From Fidelibacterota bacterium (GTDB lineage Bacteria > Fidelibacterota > UBA2242), in NCBI GenBank assembly GCA_049975265.1, contig JBNGDF010000005.1:2780-66779 (forward strand): a DNA stretch of 64,000 nt, read 5' to 3'. Position numbers and translations under genes: made by a program. A model generated the notes under the pieces. It did no database searches, had not been told where the DNA came from, and saw only the letters and a program-made list of their open reading frames with translations. Shown here piece after piece: positions 62,139 through 64,000 of this stretch. Within the stretch, counting starts at the first letter, position 1. Each line of letters starts with the position of its first letter.

Positions 62139-63086
62139 TCAAGATATCTTTAATAATTCTCTTGCACCGATATCATCGATGACTAAAGAGTTGATCAGAT
62201 TACCGTGAATGGCGGCGGCAAGAGCCTCCGCCCGATTTGCGCCGCTGGTAACGGCGATGACCTGAGGGATCCTTTTTAACTGTTCCATGCTGATTCCGAT
62301 GACCCGATTGCGATATTCGGTATCACACTCTTCGCCATCCCGGTTAAAAAAGTGACCACAGATTTCGCCCACAACCCCCTTATTGATCAGGTAGTTTATA
62401 TCGTTGGTTTTCAGAAAGTCGCGGTCGTAAAACACCGAATTGCCGTGAACGCCAATACCGACAAAGGCAAGATCGGCGCTGTCCATACGGGATAATACGA
62501 ATTTGATCTGATCGTGTGAGACAAAGGCTTCGTAGGTCTGACTATTGGTGGTGATGGCCGGGGCTTGCAGGCGTAGAAATTGCCCGCTCCAGCGCTTGGC
62601 GAGTTTCCGAGTGATTTCAATGGCATCGTCTTCTTTGATATGGGTGCTGATATCGCCCATCGCTTGAATGAAAGTTACGCCGGAACTGTTGGCCGGGTGC
62701 ATGTTTTCGCTTAGGCTGTAAATATGACGTCCGGCAGCGACACAGACAATGTTATTCGGTTTAATCAGTTTGGATATAAGCGGTCCGGCGAAATGCCCCA
62801 ACGCATGCCGGCGGTTTTCCTCGCTGGTGCTGGCAGCGCTTTTGATGACAATTGCGAAATCCAGGTGATATTTGATTTTGAGATTTTGTTCGAGTTCTTT
62901 ATCCTGAGCGGAAAAGGGTTTTACGGTGATCTGAACGATCCCACGCCGGCGCGCTTCCTCCAGGAGTCGGGAAACGGTGGCTTGGGACACCCCGGCTAGT
63001 TCCGAAACCTTTGCCTGCCCCAATTTCTCTACATAGTAGAGAGTCGAAACTAAGAGTAAAAGGTCATCTGAGACATTAATTTTAAT
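62139..63086 (-). CDS. Second SorC/DeoR-family regulator, predicted ATT start
   Basis: LYYVEKLGQAKVSELAGVSQATVSRLLEEARRRGIV HTH; collinear with the 35540-36490 paralogue. Confidence 0.9.
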   Translation of the reverse strand: MKINVSDDLLLLVSTLYYVEKLGQAKVSELAGVSQATVSRLLEEARRRGIVQITVKPFSAQDKELEQNLKIKYHLDFAIVIKSAASTSEENRRHALGHFAGPLISKLIKPNNIVCVAAGRHIYSLSENMHPANSSGVTFIQAMGDISTHIKEDDAIEITRKLAKRWSGQFLRLQAPAITTNSQTYEAFVSHDQIKFVLSRMDSADLAFVGIGVHGNSVFYDRDFLKTNDINYLINKGVVGEICGHFFNRDGEECDTEYRNRVIGISMEQLKRIPQVIAVTSGANRAEALAAAIHGNLINSLVIDDIGARELLKIS

Positions 63087-63266
63087 AGTGCACCCGATTT
63101 CAAATTGATTATAACACCAATAATCAGTTATTACTGCCTTTAAAATAATATAGTTGGAATATTTATACAAATAAAAAGAGGAAATTAGCAAAAGTGAAAA
63201 ATCAGGCAGATTTTTCAATCAAGGGTAGAATAATAGGTAGCTTTCAATGAATTGGTAAAAAAACTG

Positions 63267-63330
63267 TTGACTTTTAGGATAAAAGATTGCATACTACACA
63301 TAGAATTAATATTTATGAATAATTATTCTT
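63267..63330 (+). promoter_or_regulatory. Promoter and tandem operator for the second TonB receptor
   Basis: TTGACT 63267, 17 nt, CATACT; TAGAATTAATATTTAT (63301) and ATGAATAATTATTCTT (63315). Confidence 0.65.
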
Positions 63331-63463
63331 ATGGTATTAATAATTCCCCGCAAACTCGAGATAAGTAAAAATTCTTTTATTGTGTTCGCAAAGGTGACTT
63401 CCTGAAACCTACCCAGATATCTTGACATGAATAAAAAATATTTTCAATCAGTTGGAGTGGTGA

Positions 63464-64000
63464 ATGAGTAAAAATATCGGATACGCTGCTTTGGTTTTCA
63501 TTGCCCTGTTCCAGTTTGGCTTTTCCGGGACTACCGGGAAAATCAGCGGAAAAATCGTGGACGGTACGACGGGCGATCCGATTATTGGAGCCAATATCTA
63601 TCTTCAAAACACAGACTACGGCGCCGTTTCCGACGCTGAAGGTAGCTACTTCATCATCAATATCCCACCGGGTACGTACGATATTGTCTGCTCCTTTATC
63701 GGTTATGAGAAAACGATCTATACCGGTGTGGTGGTTAACCTGGACCGGACGACCACAGTCAATTTTACTATCAAGCCGCAAACCATACAGGGCAAAGAGG
63801 TGGTGGTGGTTGGTCAACGTACCCTGGTCGAAATGGACCGGACCAACTCAGCGGCGTATGTTTCTTCCGAGAACATCGAGACGATGCCGGTCCAGGAAGT
63901 CGATGATCTCATTCAGCTGCAGACCGGTGTTGTCAGGGATGCCTCCGGTGCATTTCATATTCGGGGCGGGCGTGCCGGTGAAATTGCCTATCTGATTGAC
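63464..64000 (+). CDS. TonB-dependent receptor, 3' partial (absent from the ORF track)
   Basis: Manual translation from ATG 63464 (GGAGTGG SD): MSKNIGYAALVFIALFQFGFSGTTGKISGKIVD...HIRGGRAGEIAYLID, open to the window end. Confidence 0.92.
   Translation, partial: MSKNIGYAALVFIALFQFGFSGTTGKISGKIVDGTTGDPIIGANIYLQNTDYGAVSDAEGSYFIINIPPGTYDIVCSFIGYEKTIYTGVVVNLDRTTTVNFTIKPQTIQGKEVVVVGQRTLVEMDRTNSAAYVSSENIETMPVQEVDDLIQLQTGVVRDASGAFHIRGGRAGEIAYLID

Noticed and set aside
63087..63218. 44-aa N-terminal extension of the second SorC regulator
   Set aside because: AT-rich intergenic-like sequence with no counterpart in the paralogue
63501..63995. 164-aa plus-strand ORF in the track
   Set aside because: Wrong frame; the TonB receptor frame begins at 63464 and runs off the window

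Overview
Bacterial chromosomal window. The many C-terminal 'YPNPFNP..T' sorting domains, the PorV-family gene and the TonB-dependent receptors suggest an FCB-group lineage such as Marinimicrobia/KSB1/Calditrichota (inference only). 1-7.8 kb is housekeeping/envelope (PLP CoA-acyltransferase, Big_5 lipoprotein, dapF, mannose-1-P guanylyltransferase, a degenerate penicillin-acylase homologue, M28 peptidase), ending at tRNA-Phe. 8-28 kb is a patchwork accessory region: BlaI/BlaR-TonB pair, orphan anaerobic sulfatase maturase, an unusual three-ligase operon (divergent PurC + CofE-like + half-size Cys-rich PurL/PurM-like), porins, patatin and a TetR-linked ABC/LolA-like operon. Glycogen genes follow at 28.8-32 kb. 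32.2-64 kb is one apparent regulon for polyol-phosphate/glycerophosphodiester use. It holds a GlpA-like three-gene dehydrogenase, two SorC-family repressors that both appear to start at ATT, five tandem palindromic operators, SusD-less TonB receptor/large CTD protein/PorV modules, lamin-tail proteins, two GDPDs, a phosphoesterase, sn-glycerol-1-P dehydrogenase, a HAD phosphatase, GlpT and an RpiB-family isomerase. Seven in-frame stops or frameshifts fall only in secreted/outer-membrane genes. No CRISPR, rRNA, integrase or transposase was seen. All family assignments are by motif recognition; no database search was run.
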